Shown here: positions 48,047 through 48,962 of the stretch, one piece after another
How positions within the stretch are numbered: the stretch's first letter is position 1
Layout: each line of letters starts with the position of its first letter
Position numbers and translations under genes: made by a program
DNA from: Alphaproteobacteria bacterium
Lineage (GTDB): Bacteria > Pseudomonadota > Alphaproteobacteria > GCA-2731375
Direction: 5' to 3'
DNA: 48,962 bases
NCBI GenBank assembly: GCA_028824965.1
Contig: JAPKBD010000003.1
Span: forward strand, 1 to 48,962
Notes under the pieces: generated by a model
What the model was told of the DNA's origin: nothing
The model's input: only the letters and a program-made list of their open reading frames with translations
Database searches by the model: none

Positions 48047-48916
48047 TTACTCCAGCAAAGTAGAGACCTCTCCGCGCACGCGTGTTTGCCGCATGTAGCG
48101 GCGATATTTGTCCGCATCGTAGCCGGAACCACGATGGAGCAGGCAGCGATTGTCCCAGATAACCAGGTCCTCTGGCTGCCATTGGTGGCTATAGGCGTGT
48201 GCGGGCTGCGTTGCCCGGGCTTGAAGATCGTCCAGCAAGGCGCGGGCCTCGGCCTCCGCCATATCCTGGATTGTCTTGGCGTGGGAGCCGAGATAGTAGT
48301 TCTTGGCCCCCGTTCTGGGGTTTAAGCGCACCAATTTTTGCGCCACGGGCGGCAGGGAGGCGGAGAGCGAGGGACTGACCGCGTCAGGGGCCACTTTGGA
48401 GCGGGAATAGGTATAGTCGTGGATGGCCCGTAAGGGTTCGATACGGGCCTGGGTTTCGGCATCAAGGCGACCATGCGCCGCACGCAGGCTAACAAATTCC
48501 GTGGCCCCGCCTTCATCGGGCACTTCGTAGACGCACATAATGGACAGGCGTGACGGCACCTCGCGGAATGAGCTGTCGGAATGCCACATATTGTTACCGG
48601 TGAGGAAAACCGTTTTTTTATTCTGATTGCCCAATTTCGTGCCATCGGGCTGTACATTGCCGATCGTCCCGAAATAGACAATTTTGCCGCTTTCGCCTTT
48701 CGCCACGTGGCCTTCCTCTGCCTCGCCCAACGCCTTGGTAAAGGCCAGCTGTCGACCATCATCGAAGGGCTGATGGGGGAAATGCAGCAATGAATAGTCG
48801 TCAATGGCCGCCTGAATTTCCTCAACCGCCGCAGCTGACAAAGGTGCAGCCAAATCGATGCCGGTGATCCGGGCACCAAAATCTTCATGGAGCGGTTCAA
48901 TATCGAATAAGGCCAT
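48047..48916 (-). CDS. TauD/TfdA family Fe(II)/2-oxoglutarate dioxygenase (TfdA-like)
   Basis: GNNMWHSDSSF (HxD), GGATEF and WDNRCLLHRG motifs; GGAG SD. Confidence 0.92.
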   Translation of the reverse strand: MALFDIEPLHEDFGARITGIDLAAPLSAAAVEEIQAAIDDYSLLHFPHQPFDDGRQLAFTKALGEAEEGHVAKGESGKIVYFGTIGNVQPDGTKLGNQNKKTVFLTGNNMWHSDSSFREVPSRLSIMCVYEVPDEGGATEFVSLRAAHGRLDAETQARIEPLRAIHDYTYSRSKVAPDAVSPSLSASLPPVAQKLVRLNPRTGAKNYYLGSHAKTIQDMAEAEARALLDDLQARATQPAHAYSHQWQPEDLVIWDNRCLLHRGSGYDADKYRRYMRQTRVRGEVSTLLE

Positions 48917-48962
48917 AAGGCTCCCTCACATCCGGTTTTGGGTCTTTGCGCCATCATATGAG

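Noticed and set aside
48917-48962. Possible 3' end of an upstream minus-strand gene at the window's right edge
   Set aside because: Too little sequence is available to assign a frame or product.

Overview
About 49 kb of mostly housekeeping chromosome from an alphaproteobacterium. A Rhodospirillales-like affiliation is inferred from conserved gene order (argD-argF-hslO, pmbA-cysQ-like, rsmB-rpe-heparinase II/III, ccmA-I, mutM/ubiE, DUF1013-quinone oxidoreductase-DUF1192). No rRNA, tRNA, CRISPR array, integrase or transposase was recognised. Six things stand out. (1) A well-formed c-di-GMP-I (GEMM) riboswitch at ~32319-32397 abuts the ribosome-binding site of a stand-alone CheY-like response regulator. 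(2) A Cache-PAS-HD-GYP sensor with a degenerate active site and an MFS transporter are each split by a single in-frame stop (TAG and TAA). (3) A ~1.6 kb collapsed phage relic after ubiE holds a T7-type tail-fibre N-terminus fused out of frame to a holin-like C-terminus, an intact GH24 endolysin, and hairpin-rich spacers. (4) Two tandem candidate sRNA genes lie at 42630-42971; one resembles the suhB/MmgR family and the other sits behind an FNR-like box. (5) Two dehydrogenase genes are inserted inside the ccm operon. (6) There are catabolic modules with an (R)-amine-transaminase-like enzyme, a GlxR-like reductase coupled to an MdlC-like ThDP enzyme, and a TfdA-like dioxygenase with an amidase. 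All family calls come from motif recognition by eye; no database searches were run.
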